DNA of 64,000 bases from Candidatus Latescibacterota bacterium (GTDB taxonomy: Bacteria > Latescibacterota > UBA2968 > UBA8231). This document shows, piece after piece, positions 41,468-51,553 of the stretch (positions within the stretch are counted from its first letter, which is position 1; each line of letters opens with the position of its first letter). Location: assembly GCA_965206595.1 (NCBI GenBank), contig OZ242214.1:3904001-3968000 (forward strand). The letters run 5' to 3'. A program made the translations under genes and the position numbers. The notes beneath the pieces are model-generated. The model was not told where the DNA came from. It did no database searches and saw only the letters and a list, made by a program, of their open reading frames with translations.

Positions 41468-41636
41468 GCGGTGTCGGTCGGACTGAAGATTCAACAGCTC
41501 CTCTCCGGTGCCGCCCCGCTCCCTTGCTTAGAACCAGACCTATTGAGGTAACTGTTTGGCTATGCCACTGATCTGGGCCTCATAATTCAGCTTCATCTTG
41601 GTCCTACTCCATCTTTTATCGGATCTCCCTTGAAGT

Positions 41637-42320
41637 TTATTTCCGGGTCCATTCTTCTTCTTCCAGAAAGCGAGTAAACAGGTCGCGCCCTCTTAGGCCT
41701 CCGTAAATTTGACAAACCCTGTTCCACGAGGGAGAGCCCGGATGGGGCGTATCTTGGAACGGAATACCGTATCCGGGAACGATTTTCTTGGCGTAGCCTG
41801 CGGCGAACCTCGAGGTGACGATCACCAACTCCGGCCGGTGATCCAGGATAAACCAGCGCAGGACTTGCCCGGCTACGTCGACATCTTGGGACACCAGGTT
41901 GCCCTTCATGCTTTCGCCTTCCACCGCCGGACGCATGAAGTAGTTGTAGAAGGCAAGGTGATTTAGCGGGAAGTTGTCCGGTGTCACACCACTTTCCCTT
42001 AGTATTCGACAGGTTTCGTTCTGGATCGCCCGGTAGATGCTGTGTGCCCGGTTCCATTTTCCGGTGATGCACCCAATGGTACAAACCCATCCGGCTTCTT
42101 CCGGGCACAGATCTTTTTGGCTGCTGCGGTACCACCGATCAGGATCCTGGTGGATGTTGGATTCCTTCGGTAGATAGTGGCTTTCACCGATCACCAGCAG
42201 CCGTTTGTGGCGGTGGTCACAATATCGGCTGCCGATCCAGGGTCGCATACAGGGAAACCGCTGCAGGTGTTCCGGCAGGGCAAGGTCCGTGAAAATCCGG
42301 TCTCTTTCCAGAACTTTCAT
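41637..42320 (-). CDS. Uracil-DNA glycosylase-like superfamily protein
   Basis: PWIG..Y, RLLVIGESHY (motif A-like), AFYNY, RPELVIV, TPHPGS (motif B-like); RBS ggagg. Confidence 0.65.
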   Translation of the reverse strand: MKVLERDRIFTDLALPEHLQRFPCMRPWIGSRYCDHRHKRLLVIGESHYLPKESNIHQDPDRWYRSSQKDLCPEEAGWVCTIGCITGKWNRAHSIYRAIQNETCRILRESGVTPDNFPLNHLAFYNYFMRPAVEGESMKGNLVSQDVDVAGQVLRWFILDHRPELVIVTSRFAAGYAKKIVPGYGIPFQDTPHPGSPSWNRVCQIYGGLRGRDLFTRFLEEEEWTRK

Positions 42321-43353
42321 TTCTGTGACCTCCAGTCGGGAAACCTATTTTTGATTGCCCGCGATTGAATGTCCATTATTGTATTCGAATCAATTTTAAA
42401 CAAATCGTGCACGCTTCAAACATGGAATCGTTTGTTTTTCGGCTGAACCGATCTTTCCTTTACCAAAACGGGCAAGGGGCAAACATGAACCCTCCCGAGC
42501 GCGGCTGGACGGGAACATCCAAGACTGCGACCAACAAGACGACGTCTTTCCGTTCAGCAAAAATACAGGTACAGCCCGAGGACGATCAGAAGGATGGGAA
42601 AGAACAGCGCCCGGAAAACGAGCGCCAAGAGCAGCAGCCGTGGGAGAGCTTTGGCTTCCCGGTAACTGCTCCCCTGCTCGGGTCATTCTTCCCCCGGGTT
42701 GTGGTGCCCTTTTTACCTCCTGCCCGTGAACTATAAGTTGGCTTGGCCCCCATGTCAATCAACATCTTGGCGGGTTCAATCCTGATCGGATAGGGAAGTC
42801 CAGGAAGACCCCACGCCCTTCCGGTGGCTGCTTGCACGAAACCCAGGTGGCGATGATCTGATCTCAGGAGGCGTACCGAGGATTGCCCTCGTTCCGACCT
42901 CGTGGCTGCGCACAGCCAGCACTCGCGACACCAGTTCCTGAATCTCCCAGGTATACCGGGACTGAGACTCCCAGCAGCGCAACGACACCTGCCCACTCAG
43001 GGGAATCAGGCCTGTCCTCATTTCCGCATCCCTCCATGATCAGAGCGGGGGGCTTTTCCGTCTACGGAGTAAAATGTCCCCGCCCATGTTCATCGGACCC
43101 CAAGGACCAATATCGACCCCCAATCCCATTGCTCTGTCCCTGTTCCATTCTTTTTTTCCCAGTTCTTCGGGAAACTCGCACAGCGCATGGGCACCAGGGC
43201 TCGATTCTCCGGACATTCGAAGGCTTCTTCCCTTGACGCGGAGTTACTGATACGATTACGTACGGAAAAGGTTCCGTCCTGGACAAGCCGGCGTCAGAAA
43301 AAAGTGAATGGCATGCGAAATCCCCGTCATCCTGACCTTTGGAGACATCTATC

Positions 43354-43893
43354 ATGAAATACATGGTCGCACTTGTTTTCGGTCTATCCGTTACCGCCAG
43401 TGGACCACATGCAGCAGTAGGATTACGTGTACCCAGCGGTCATGTGTTACCGCAGGGGATTGATGTTAAGCCCATGGCTCTACGGAAAGCAACGGGTAAG
43501 GAAACGAGATTTGGTTTACCTACCTACACTTTTTCCCTGGCACAGGCAAGCCAACAAACCCAACAAGGTTCCCTTTACACTATAGCGGATGGATACACTG
43601 CAGGGAGAATCACAGCTGAAGGCATGTCCACTACCGGTCATTTTCTCGGAGGATTTGCATGCGGATTCCTAACAAGACTGATTGGCACAGGAATTCTTTG
43701 GGGAGTTACTGGTGGGGACGATGTTCCTTTTCACTTAAATTCAGAAATTCAAGAGAAGGGTTCTGATTTCTCAATAGGATTTGTAAATGGATACATAGAG
43801 CGCACAAAGCAGAAGAAACGTGGCGCACGGCTTGGTGGAGGTCTACTTGGGACGGCTGGGTTTTTGGTTCTGTTTGTTTCTCTCAGCGACTAA
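43354..43893 (+). CDS. Hypothetical exported/membrane protein, AT-richer than host genes
   Basis: RBS ggag, signal-like N-terminus, Gly-rich hydrophobic segments, C-terminal TM helix. Confidence 0.65.
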   Translation: MKYMVALVFGLSVTASGPHAAVGLRVPSGHVLPQGIDVKPMALRKATGKETRFGLPTYTFSLAQASQQTQQGSLYTIADGYTAGRITAEGMSTTGHFLGGFACGFLTRLIGTGILWGVTGGDDVPFHLNSEIQEKGSDFSIGFVNGYIERTKQKKRGARLGGGLLGTAGFLVLFVSLSD

Positions 43894-44089
43894 TTGAATC
43901 AGCAACCTCCTTTACAGAGGTGAATTACAGTTGCGGGAATCCCCCCGTAGATGCCTGGCGTGTGTGCTTCCCAGTCAAATGTGTTACGAACGCTTAGCTC
44001 CTGTTGAACTTGACGTTCGTGTCCGGAGGTTTTACGCTTCCAGAAAATTCGATAGAAAGGATTCCCGATGACTGAGAAGGAGAAAACAA

Positions 44090-44416
44090 TTGAGCGATTT
44101 TCTACTCGATGTGCTCTCGTCCCTAGTGGGGCAAATTCTATTTTGCATAGGATTTGGTGGTGTGATAGGCTGGTTTGTGCGGAACCTGTTCACGGGAAGA
44201 AGGATTGCAGCCCTAGAGGAACAGGTAGCGGAACTCACTGCTAATCCTGAAGCAGAAGAGGAACCAAAGCGGGAGAAGACTCCTATTGCCGTAAATAGAA
44301 AATGCCCTTTAACTCCAAAAGAGCTTGTCGAATTGGCAAACAAGAGGACAACCGATTCATCAAGAGATGCTATATTCGAAGGATTTAAGGGGAATTGGCT
44401 CGAACTTCAGGGAGAA
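44090..44416 (+). pseudogene. Hypothetical membrane-anchored protein interrupted by the IS
   Basis: RBS aaggag and TTG start, N-terminal TM plus coiled coil; frame runs into the IS left inverted repeat at 44417. Confidence 0.6.
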
Positions 44417-45820
44417 CTGGACTTTTGCAAACTCCGCTTTTTTACACAAGTTTTAGGTGTGTGACGATTCTCTCCTGCGTCCACCCTACTGTTATGGCCT
44501 GTTCGACACTGTTATGGCCTGTTCGACCGCCCAGGTGATGGTTTTGCTGAGCGTTTCTCGCGACACGGCTCGACAGGCTTCGCCAATGGTCGTCAGCACG
44601 CTATGAGCCCAGTCACGCGCACGGCCCTGCCGCATCCGTGCCATGAGCAGACTGTGCGTCAGCATCACGAGGTACCTATGCCGAGTCTGACCCTCGCCGC
44701 TTTTGTAACTGACAGTCTCCCATGCCCAGATGGTGCTTGCCGTCCCGATGAAAAGTCTCGGTGCCTGTCCAGCGTTTGCGATAAACATTCAGAATACGAC
44801 TGATCTCCCAGTGCACGCGATGGGTCAGTAGAAACTTGACCGCTTCCCTGCCGTTCTTGCGATCCCACAGGATCACCAAGCGAACCCGGTGCTCGAGCTT
44901 GGGCAGACTCAGGGTTTTGGTGAAATACCATTGTTTGCGCTTGCCGATGCTGACCTGTTTGCGATCCTCGGGTGGGATATTCGCAGCCACTTCGGCGGCC
45001 TTCATCAGGCCGCCCTTGAACTCGACCTTGCGGTTGCTCTTCAGGGCCCCTACGTAGCCGCGCTCATGACTATGGATGTGATCGAGACACTCGACACTGC
45101 TGAAGTAGCAGTCGAAGGCGAAATCGCCCGGGATCTGTCGGAACACGACCCCGTCCACCAGCTCTTTGAACAGCTCGGTATGGCTCTTGAAGGACGCGTC
45201 CGTCTCCCCTTCCTGGCGCTTGCGAAAGCGACGGAATTCCAACGGATAGTATGTCCCCGACGTGCACACGTAGTTGGCGATGACGTAGTCGTGGGCAATC
45301 CTATAGCGCTGGTCGGAGTGATCCCAAAACCAACCCACGTCCTCGATCTTTTCTCCGCTGTGGCCGACCAAGGTGTTGTCGATGGCCGATCACCCCGCGC
45401 GCCGAATAGCGCGTCGAGGGACGCTCCTGCAACCATTCCAGGCGATGTTCGTTGAGCCATTTCCCGTCCCACCGCACCTGCGTAATCCAGCGGTTCAGGC
45501 AGGATTGATCGGTGGTCTCGACGAACTCGGCGTTGATCGCCGATACATTTTTGCGTTCGGCCACCATCAACCCGGTCAGATACTCGGCGAAGTGACGGCG
45601 CTCCGGGGCGTTGGCGAAGATGCCGCCGAACTCTGCCACCGCTTCTTCAACCACCGTGGGAAAATCAACAATACCTGGCATGAACAACCTCTCTCATGGC
45701 CAGGGGAAACGAAGGCGGGGGATGCCTTCGTCCTACCAAACATACCAAGTTCCATCGAATTCGCGCTACCCTCTATCCTTGACCGATTATCCAGGAATTC
45801 TGCCTTTTGCAAAAGTCCAG
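44417..45820 (-). mobile_element. IS701-family insertion sequence (1404 bp), decayed
   Basis: Perfect 15-bp terminal inverted repeats ctggacttttgcaaa (44417-44431) and tttgcaaaagtccag (45806-45820) enclosing a DDE transposase; no target duplication visible. Confidence 0.85.
44442..45681 (-). pseudogene. IS701-family DDE transposase with two frameshifts and a 20-bp duplication
   Basis: HFAEYLTGLM..KNVS..DQSCLNRW, IDNT, FDCYF, YRKRWTGTETFHRDGK..LG.GD.Q; frameshifts near 45385 and 44700; actgttatggcctgttcgac doubled at 44488-44527. Confidence 0.85.
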
Positions 45821-45961
45821 GTGTCAATCTGACATGCCTCCCTGTTCCCAAGCTAAAACAGTGGGACAGGGGATGTCCAATTCTCTGCATTTCCTTCTAT
45901 TATGTTATACCATATTATCTTTAATTTCGCGGATGATATTACTTAAATTACCCTTGCTGAA

Positions 45962-46246
45962 TTATGTATATAAATCCCCCGGAAAAACAACCGAGTCTGC
46001 GGAAGCCACCGTTTCGAGATCGGGTGGGCGCATTTCCGAACGCAGGCGATCCAGTAGCTGACGCGGGACCGGAACCGGCGGGGTCAGCTCGAATCGTTCG
46101 GGCTTCACTCGGGCCGGGAACCGGACCCGGACCAACCGCTCTTCCTTTGGCTGAGGCATGGGGACCAGCCACAAGGCAAGCCCGTGCAGGACGGCCGAGA
46201 CCAGGAGAGCTACAACGGCTCTGCGTTTTTCCCGGGTCTTCTTCAT
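45962..46246 (-). pseudogene. 5' fragment of a paralog of the DUF4159-like gene
   Basis: MKKTREKRRAVVALLVSAVLHGLALW (SxxLH anchor) then the shared 134-bp block; breaks into AT-rich DNA at ~45980. Confidence 0.65.
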
Positions 46247-46337
46247 TTCATGGTGGCGGCTTCCTTGCCGCCCGCCGGATCGATCCGTACCATCGGCTCG
46301 CTCGCTGATCGCCCTGAGACAGAAGCCCCTGTTCCAA

Positions 46338-47453
46338 ATGAAGATAACCCGCATAAAGAGCTTCCTGACCGGCCGCTGCCTGCTGGTGCGCGTGTACACC
46401 GACAAGGACCTGGTCGGCAACGGCGAGGCCGGGCTATGGGCCCACCACCCGGTCGTCGCCGCGGCGATCGAGGAGCTGGGGGAGTATTTCGTCGGCAGGG
46501 ACCCGCGCCGGATCGAGCACCACTTCCAGACGGTCTCGCGCAGCGCCCACTTCACCGGTCCGGTGCTGAGCGCCGCGCTCAGCGCCATCGACATCGCCCT
46601 CTGGGACATCCTCGGCAAGGAGGCGGGGCTGCCGGTCTACCAGCTGCTCGGAGGCAAGTGCCGAGACAAGGTCGCGGTGTTCGGCGGCATCGGCGGCTCC
46701 TCCCTTGAAGAGGTAGGCGAGTCGGCGCGGCAGGCGGTCGCCGCCGGCTACACCACCCTGCGGCTCGGTCCCTTCTTTCCCGGCTTCGAGCAGCGGACCT
46801 CCGCCGAGGTCGTCGACGATGCCGTCGCCATGGTCGCGGCGGCGCGGGAGGCTGCCGGGGACCGTGTCGACCTCGGGGTCGAAATCCACCGCAACCTCAG
46901 GCCGGACGAGGCCATCACCCTCGCTGCCGAGCTGAGGCCGTTCCGGCTGAAGTTCTACGAGGACCCCCTGGTGCCGGAAAGCGAGGAAGCCCTCGAGTAC
47001 ATCGCCGCCCACGTCGACATTCCGCTGGCGGTCGGCGAACGCAGCTACGGCATCTTTCAGTTCAAGGAGCTCATCGACAGGAAGGTCGCCAGCTTCATCC
47101 GCGCCGACCTGTCGCTGGCCGGCGGCTTCACGCAGGTGAAGAAGATCGCCGCGATAGCCGAGTCCGCCCTCGTGCAGCTGTTCCCCCACCTGATGGGCAG
47201 CCCCGTCAACGGAGCCGCCTTCGCCCATCTCGCCGCGGCCATTCCCAACTACGCCTTCATGGAGTCGCAGCGGCACCTCGGGATCGCCGCGGAGCTGGTC
47301 GACGAGCCGTTCGCCGAGGAAGGCGGATTCCGCGAGATCCGCAAACGCCCCGGCATCGGCGTCGAAATCGACGAGAGGGCGTGCGCGGAAATCCCGTTCG
47401 AGCCGGTGAAGATCAGCGGCCCATTACACGCCGACGGCTCGGTCGCCCACTGA
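46338..47453 (+). CDS. Mandelate racemase/MLE family enolase (galactonate dehydratase-like)
   Basis: MKITRIK, G.GEA, ALSAIDIALWDILGK..GLPVYQLLGG.CRDKV, EIH, YEDP, LAVGER, GG.T..KKIAA.AE. Confidence 0.92.
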   Translation: MKITRIKSFLTGRCLLVRVYTDKDLVGNGEAGLWAHHPVVAAAIEELGEYFVGRDPRRIEHHFQTVSRSAHFTGPVLSAALSAIDIALWDILGKEAGLPVYQLLGGKCRDKVAVFGGIGGSSLEEVGESARQAVAAGYTTLRLGPFFPGFEQRTSAEVVDDAVAMVAAAREAAGDRVDLGVEIHRNLRPDEAITLAAELRPFRLKFYEDPLVPESEEALEYIAAHVDIPLAVGERSYGIFQFKELIDRKVASFIRADLSLAGGFTQVKKIAAIAESALVQLFPHLMGSPVNGAAFAHLAAAIPNYAFMESQRHLGIAAELVDEPFAEEGGFREIRKRPGIGVEIDERACAEIPFEPVKISGPLHADGSVAH

Positions 47454-47476
47454 GCGCGGGCAGGCGCCCCTCCGGT

Positions 47477-49021
47477 CTACTGATCCTCGAGCGTCGGGTA
47501 GAACGGCAGCGGCTTGTCGTTCGGCGCCACGCCTATGATCTCGTCCCCTCTCCAGGCGAACTCGTAGGTATCCCCGGCCGGCATGGTCTCCGAGGTGCGC
47601 CTCTCCGGCAGCCCGTAGCGCAGCACCACCCGGCTTCCCCGCTTCAGTCTCTGCCTCGGGATGCAGGCCCAGGCCCCCTTCATCCCCGCCTCCACCGCTT
47701 CGCCGTCGACGGACAGGCTCACCCGGTCCGCCCACCCGGGAACGCGCACGAAGAGGTGGTCCTCCACCCGGGGGGTGATCGTCACCGCGGCCTCGCGGTC
47801 GCGCGCCACCGCGACCTCGGCGTCCGGCCCCTCGCAGTCGAAATGCATGTTGACGAACAGCCCGGCATCCTGACGGGAGATGACGTTCCGGTAGATGGCG
47901 CTGAAGGTGTGCACGACTTCGGCGGTGCCGCTCGGGTTGAACCCCTTGCCGGCGTGCGGGTAGTCGTTGGCCCCCCAGCCGCCGATCGCCTTGTCCGCTA
48001 TCTCGACGCCGGGATTGCGGCGCCGGTCCGCCTCCGTGGTCTGCCCGGGAAACAGCCGCGCCCGCACCAGGCGCTCGACGTCGTCGTAGCACTCCGCCCT
48101 GCCGGTGTGCATCGCCATCCACAGGGCGAGGCGGGCAGCGGCTCCGGTCGATTCGGTGTTGGCGAGCGGATTCCCGGTCCTGTCGGGGAAGCGCAGAACC
48201 CCGAGATCGTGGGCGACCCATCCGCACTCGTTGACGATCTCCGGCACTCCGACCTCGTAAGTTCGGACCACGGCGTCGACGTAGCACGACTGGCGCGTCG
48301 TCAGGCCGAACAGCAACAGCCCGCAGAGGGTGTACAGGTGGGACTGGCGGTCCCCCGGGGCGCTGTCCGCCGCGGTCAGGTAACCCGGGATGCGGCCCTC
48401 TTCGGCGACCGCGTATTCCAGGTGGAAGCGCGCCAGACGCTCGCCGAGGTCGAGGGCGAGGTCGTCTCCCGTCCAGCGGTAGTACCAGACCAGCGCCTCG
48501 ATGCAGCGGCCGTGGCTCACCGTCTTCTGGAACCGGTTCTCGTTGAACGGGGTGTGCCCGGCGTCCCGGTGCTCGACCTCGTCGAAATGGCGGGCGTAGT
48601 CGAACCTGCCGACGTCCCAGGAGAAGTCCGGCGCCAGACCGTTGCGGATGCTTTCGAGATAGCGGCGGCCGACCCGCCGGGCCCAGGCGCTGCCGCGGAA
48701 CTTCGCCAGGGCGGCAAAGGTCAGGATGCCCTCGCGCAGGCTGTGGAACTCGAACTTGACCGGGTGCCAGTAGAGGCCGGGCGGGACCCAGAGCAGCCCG
48801 TCCGGGTTGTCGGTGAGCCAGTGCAGGTTGGCCAGGTTCCCCCCCTCGATGTGTCCGGGGATCTCGAACCCGGTCGCGTCCTCGAGGCGCAGCATGGCGT
48901 CCCACCAGCGCCCGAGGTCGTGGGTGATCGCCCAGCTTCCCGTGGGCAGCCAGTTCCGGTCCGGGTCGAGCCACCCGAGCAGGTGGCGGCCCCCGAGTTC
49001 CAGCGATTCCTTCAGCTTCAT
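47477..49021 (-). CDS. GH127/GH146-like (beta-L-arabinofuranosidase-type) glycoside hydrolase, divergent
   Basis: HDLGRWWDAM, IEALV.YYR.TGD..AL.L..RL, H..TL.GLL, TES, YDDVER.VR..L, LFVRVPGWA, WRGD.I. Confidence 0.6.
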   Translation of the reverse strand: MKLKESLELGGRHLLGWLDPDRNWLPTGSWAITHDLGRWWDAMLRLEDATGFEIPGHIEGGNLANLHWLTDNPDGLLWVPPGLYWHPVKFEFHSLREGILTFAALAKFRGSAWARRVGRRYLESIRNGLAPDFSWDVGRFDYARHFDEVEHRDAGHTPFNENRFQKTVSHGRCIEALVWYYRWTGDDLALDLGERLARFHLEYAVAEEGRIPGYLTAADSAPGDRQSHLYTLCGLLLFGLTTRQSCYVDAVVRTYEVGVPEIVNECGWVAHDLGVLRFPDRTGNPLANTESTGAAARLALWMAMHTGRAECYDDVERLVRARLFPGQTTEADRRRNPGVEIADKAIGGWGANDYPHAGKGFNPSGTAEVVHTFSAIYRNVISRQDAGLFVNMHFDCEGPDAEVAVARDREAAVTITPRVEDHLFVRVPGWADRVSLSVDGEAVEAGMKGAWACIPRQRLKRGSRVVLRYGLPERRTSETMPAGDTYEFAWRGDEIIGVAPNDKPLPFYPTLEDQ

Positions 49022-49277
49022 CTCGTCCTGTCCTCAAACCGGCCGCGCGCCAGGCGCCGTCCATTCCGTCGGTCCGTTCCTGAAACCAGATACCGCCTCG
49101 CGCCGCCGGTTGCTTGACCGAGCATGTCGTAATGCGGTTGGTACGCTTCTGTTGCTGCAGAACACAGTGCCGGTGAAGGTCGCTTTGCCTGCGAGGCCGG
49201 GCAACGCGGAAACCTGCCGCTTCCGGCTGGACGCGCCGCTGCCCCGCAGCGCGATGCAAAACGACGGGGAATCGACC

Positions 49278-50306
49278 ATGACAGCTCCGAACCGGGTTCG
49301 CGTCGGCATGTACGGCGCTGGCGGACACGCGGTCACCCAACATCTTCCCAACCTGAAATCCATCGCCGCCGCGGATGTCGTCGCCGTCTGCGACATCGAC
49401 GGCGAAAAGGCCCGTTCCGCGGCCTCCGGGTTCGACATCCCCGCCTTCTACACCGACGGCCTCGAGATGGTGGAGAAGGAATCCCTCGACGCCCTGTGGT
49501 CGCTGGTGCCGGCGGCCGCCCGGCCCGCGGTCGAGATCGCCGCGGCCGAAAAAGGGGCCCACCTCTTCTGCGAGAAGCCGCAGGCCCTCGACATCAAGAC
49601 CGCCCTCGACATCGACGATGCCCTGAAGCGCTCAGGCCTGCTCGGCACCGTCTGCTTCCGCGAGCGCTACCGGCCGATCTTCCAGGAGGCGAAACGGCTG
49701 CTCGCGGACAAGGAGATCGTCCACGTCCGCTTCCAGAGCATTGACAGACTGCCGCCGCTCGACCCGGACGCCGATACCCCGGGCTGGGAGAGAATCATCG
49801 AGTGCCACGCCAACTCTCTCGGGTGGGGGCCGCACGCCATCGACTACATCCGCTTCGTCAGCGGCCTCGACGTCGAGACGGCGCAGGCCTTCTTCTGCGA
49901 GCGCGGCCCCTACCGCGTGCCGCTGTCGGCTCCCTGCAGCTTCCGCCTCTCCAACGGCGCCACCATGAGCATGACCTTCCTCCAGACCTCGCCGGCGTAC
50001 CCGGCGAACGAGCCCTGGTTCCTGTTCTACTACGAGGGCGGGTACCTGGCCATCCACCACGGGTACTCGCACATCGAGATGAACGGCGAAACCGTGTACG
50101 TGTCGGAGGAGTTCCAGCCCTGGCGGGTGCTGGACCGCACTTTCGTCGAGGCGATCCGCAGCGGCAGCGGGAGCACGCTGCGCAGCGATTTCAGCGACGG
50201 GCTCAGGACCCTGGCGCCGCTGCTGGCGGCATGGGAATCGGCCCGCAAAGGGGGCGTGCCGGTCGACGTCGACGCCTTCGTCGCCGCCAGCCGCGCCGCC
50301 TCCTGA
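49278..50306 (+). CDS. Gfo/Idh/MocA family oxidoreductase
   Basis: VRVGMYGAG, VVAVCDID, HLFCEKP, HAIDY. Confidence 0.9.
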   Translation: MTAPNRVRVGMYGAGGHAVTQHLPNLKSIAAADVVAVCDIDGEKARSAASGFDIPAFYTDGLEMVEKESLDALWSLVPAAARPAVEIAAAEKGAHLFCEKPQALDIKTALDIDDALKRSGLLGTVCFRERYRPIFQEAKRLLADKEIVHVRFQSIDRLPPLDPDADTPGWERIIECHANSLGWGPHAIDYIRFVSGLDVETAQAFFCERGPYRVPLSAPCSFRLSNGATMSMTFLQTSPAYPANEPWFLFYYEGGYLAIHHGYSHIEMNGETVYVSEEFQPWRVLDRTFVEAIRSGSGSTLRSDFSDGLRTLAPLLAAWESARKGGVPVDVDAFVAASRAAS

Positions 50307-50517
50307 TCTCCTGACTCAAAAAAATCTTGCCGTTCTTCCGCCCCTCAATACCGCTTCGGGGCCTTGCCCTCGCTCAGGCCCCTTTCCTCCCGGGGGGGAC
50401 GGGACTGTAGCGCGCCGCTTGCAGGCCGAGTCGAATACAACAAGGCGCGGTCCCCCCGCGGAGACCGGTGGGATGCGGGCCGAATCGAGTTTCACACCAT
50501 GGCAACGGAGGATTCGC

Positions 50518-51402
50518 ATGGCGCTTGGAGAAGGTGATTTCAGGTACGAGCTGGTCGACGGCTGGGCGAAATACCCGGAAGGCTGGGTGCCCGCGCAGGT
50601 CTCGGACGCCGCCGTCGATTCGAAGGGGCGCATCTTCATCTTCACGCGCGGGGTTCACCCGATCATCGTCTTCGACAGGGAGGGCAACTTCGTCACCTCC
50701 TGGGGATACGGCGACTTCGGGGTCTCGCCGCACCTGGTCAGCCAGTCGCACGGCATCTTCATCGGCTCGGACGACGAGGTCTACCTCACCGATTCCCTGC
50801 AGCACATCGTGCGCCGCTACAGCCTGCTCGGGGAGATGCAGCGGGAGTGGGGCACCCGGGGGGTCGCCGGCGTCACCTACTACCGGCGGCAGTTCAACAT
50901 GCCGACCGGCGTGGCCATCGGCCCGGACGGCTCGATCTACGTCTCCGACGGCTACGCCAACCGTTGCGTGCACAAGTACTCGAAGGAGGGAGAACACCTG
51001 CTCACCTGGGGCGAGCCCGGCTCCGGCCCCGGGCAGTTCGCCGTCGTCCACAACCTCGACTGCGACCGCGACGGTCGCGTGCTCGTCTGCGACCGCGAGA
51101 ACGACCGCATCCAGGTTTTCGATCCGGACGGGGCCTTCATCGACCAGTGGAGGGACCTGTCGATGCCCGGGGACGTCTGGGTCGGCGGGGACGGCATGAT
51201 CTACGTCGTCGAGCAGGGCGGCTTCGGGCGCGCCGGCGTCCGGACCCCCGAAGGGGAGTGCGTCAGCCGCTTCTCCGGCTCCGCCGGGGGAGTGCTGGAG
51301 TCGCCGCACGGACTCTGCGTCGACGGCGAGGGCAGTATCTACGTCGCCGAGATCGGCGACGGCGACCTGGGGCAGCGCGTCCAGAAATTCGCCCGCGTGT
51401 AG
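50518..51402 (+). CDS. NHL-repeat protein (peptidyl-alpha-hydroxyglycine lyase-like)
   Basis: FNMPTGVAIGPDGSIYVSDGYAN, WGEPGSGPGQF, VCDRENDRIQVF, PHGLCVD; RBS ggagg. Confidence 0.9.
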   Translation: MALGEGDFRYELVDGWAKYPEGWVPAQVSDAAVDSKGRIFIFTRGVHPIIVFDREGNFVTSWGYGDFGVSPHLVSQSHGIFIGSDDEVYLTDSLQHIVRRYSLLGEMQREWGTRGVAGVTYYRRQFNMPTGVAIGPDGSIYVSDGYANRCVHKYSKEGEHLLTWGEPGSGPGQFAVVHNLDCDRDGRVLVCDRENDRIQVFDPDGAFIDQWRDLSMPGDVWVGGDGMIYVVEQGGFGRAGVRTPEGECVSRFSGSAGGVLESPHGLCVDGEGSIYVAEIGDGDLGQRVQKFARV

Positions 51403-51553
51403 CGCGGCGCAGCGAGCGGGTCGGAAGAAGTCCGGCGAGCCACCGGGAAGACCGGTGGCGGACACTGCGGCTGCGCGGAACGGGCAAGAAACCAGAACCT
51501 GCCCTGCCTCGTGTCAGGCAGGGATTGAAAGGGAGGGAGGGAGGGAGGAACCC

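Noticed and set aside
42554-42690. Short hydrophobic peptide on the minus strand (ALPRLLLLALVFRALFFPILLIVLGLYLYFC*)
   Set aside because: No in-frame start codon; may be a relic but is too short to support.
41470-44090. Integron-like cassette array of small orphan genes
   Set aside because: Genes are in mixed orientation; no attC pattern or integron integrase found.
47381-49562. Overlapping 578-aa and 712-aa ORFs
   Set aside because: Alternative-frame shadows of the GH127-like and oxidoreductase genes.
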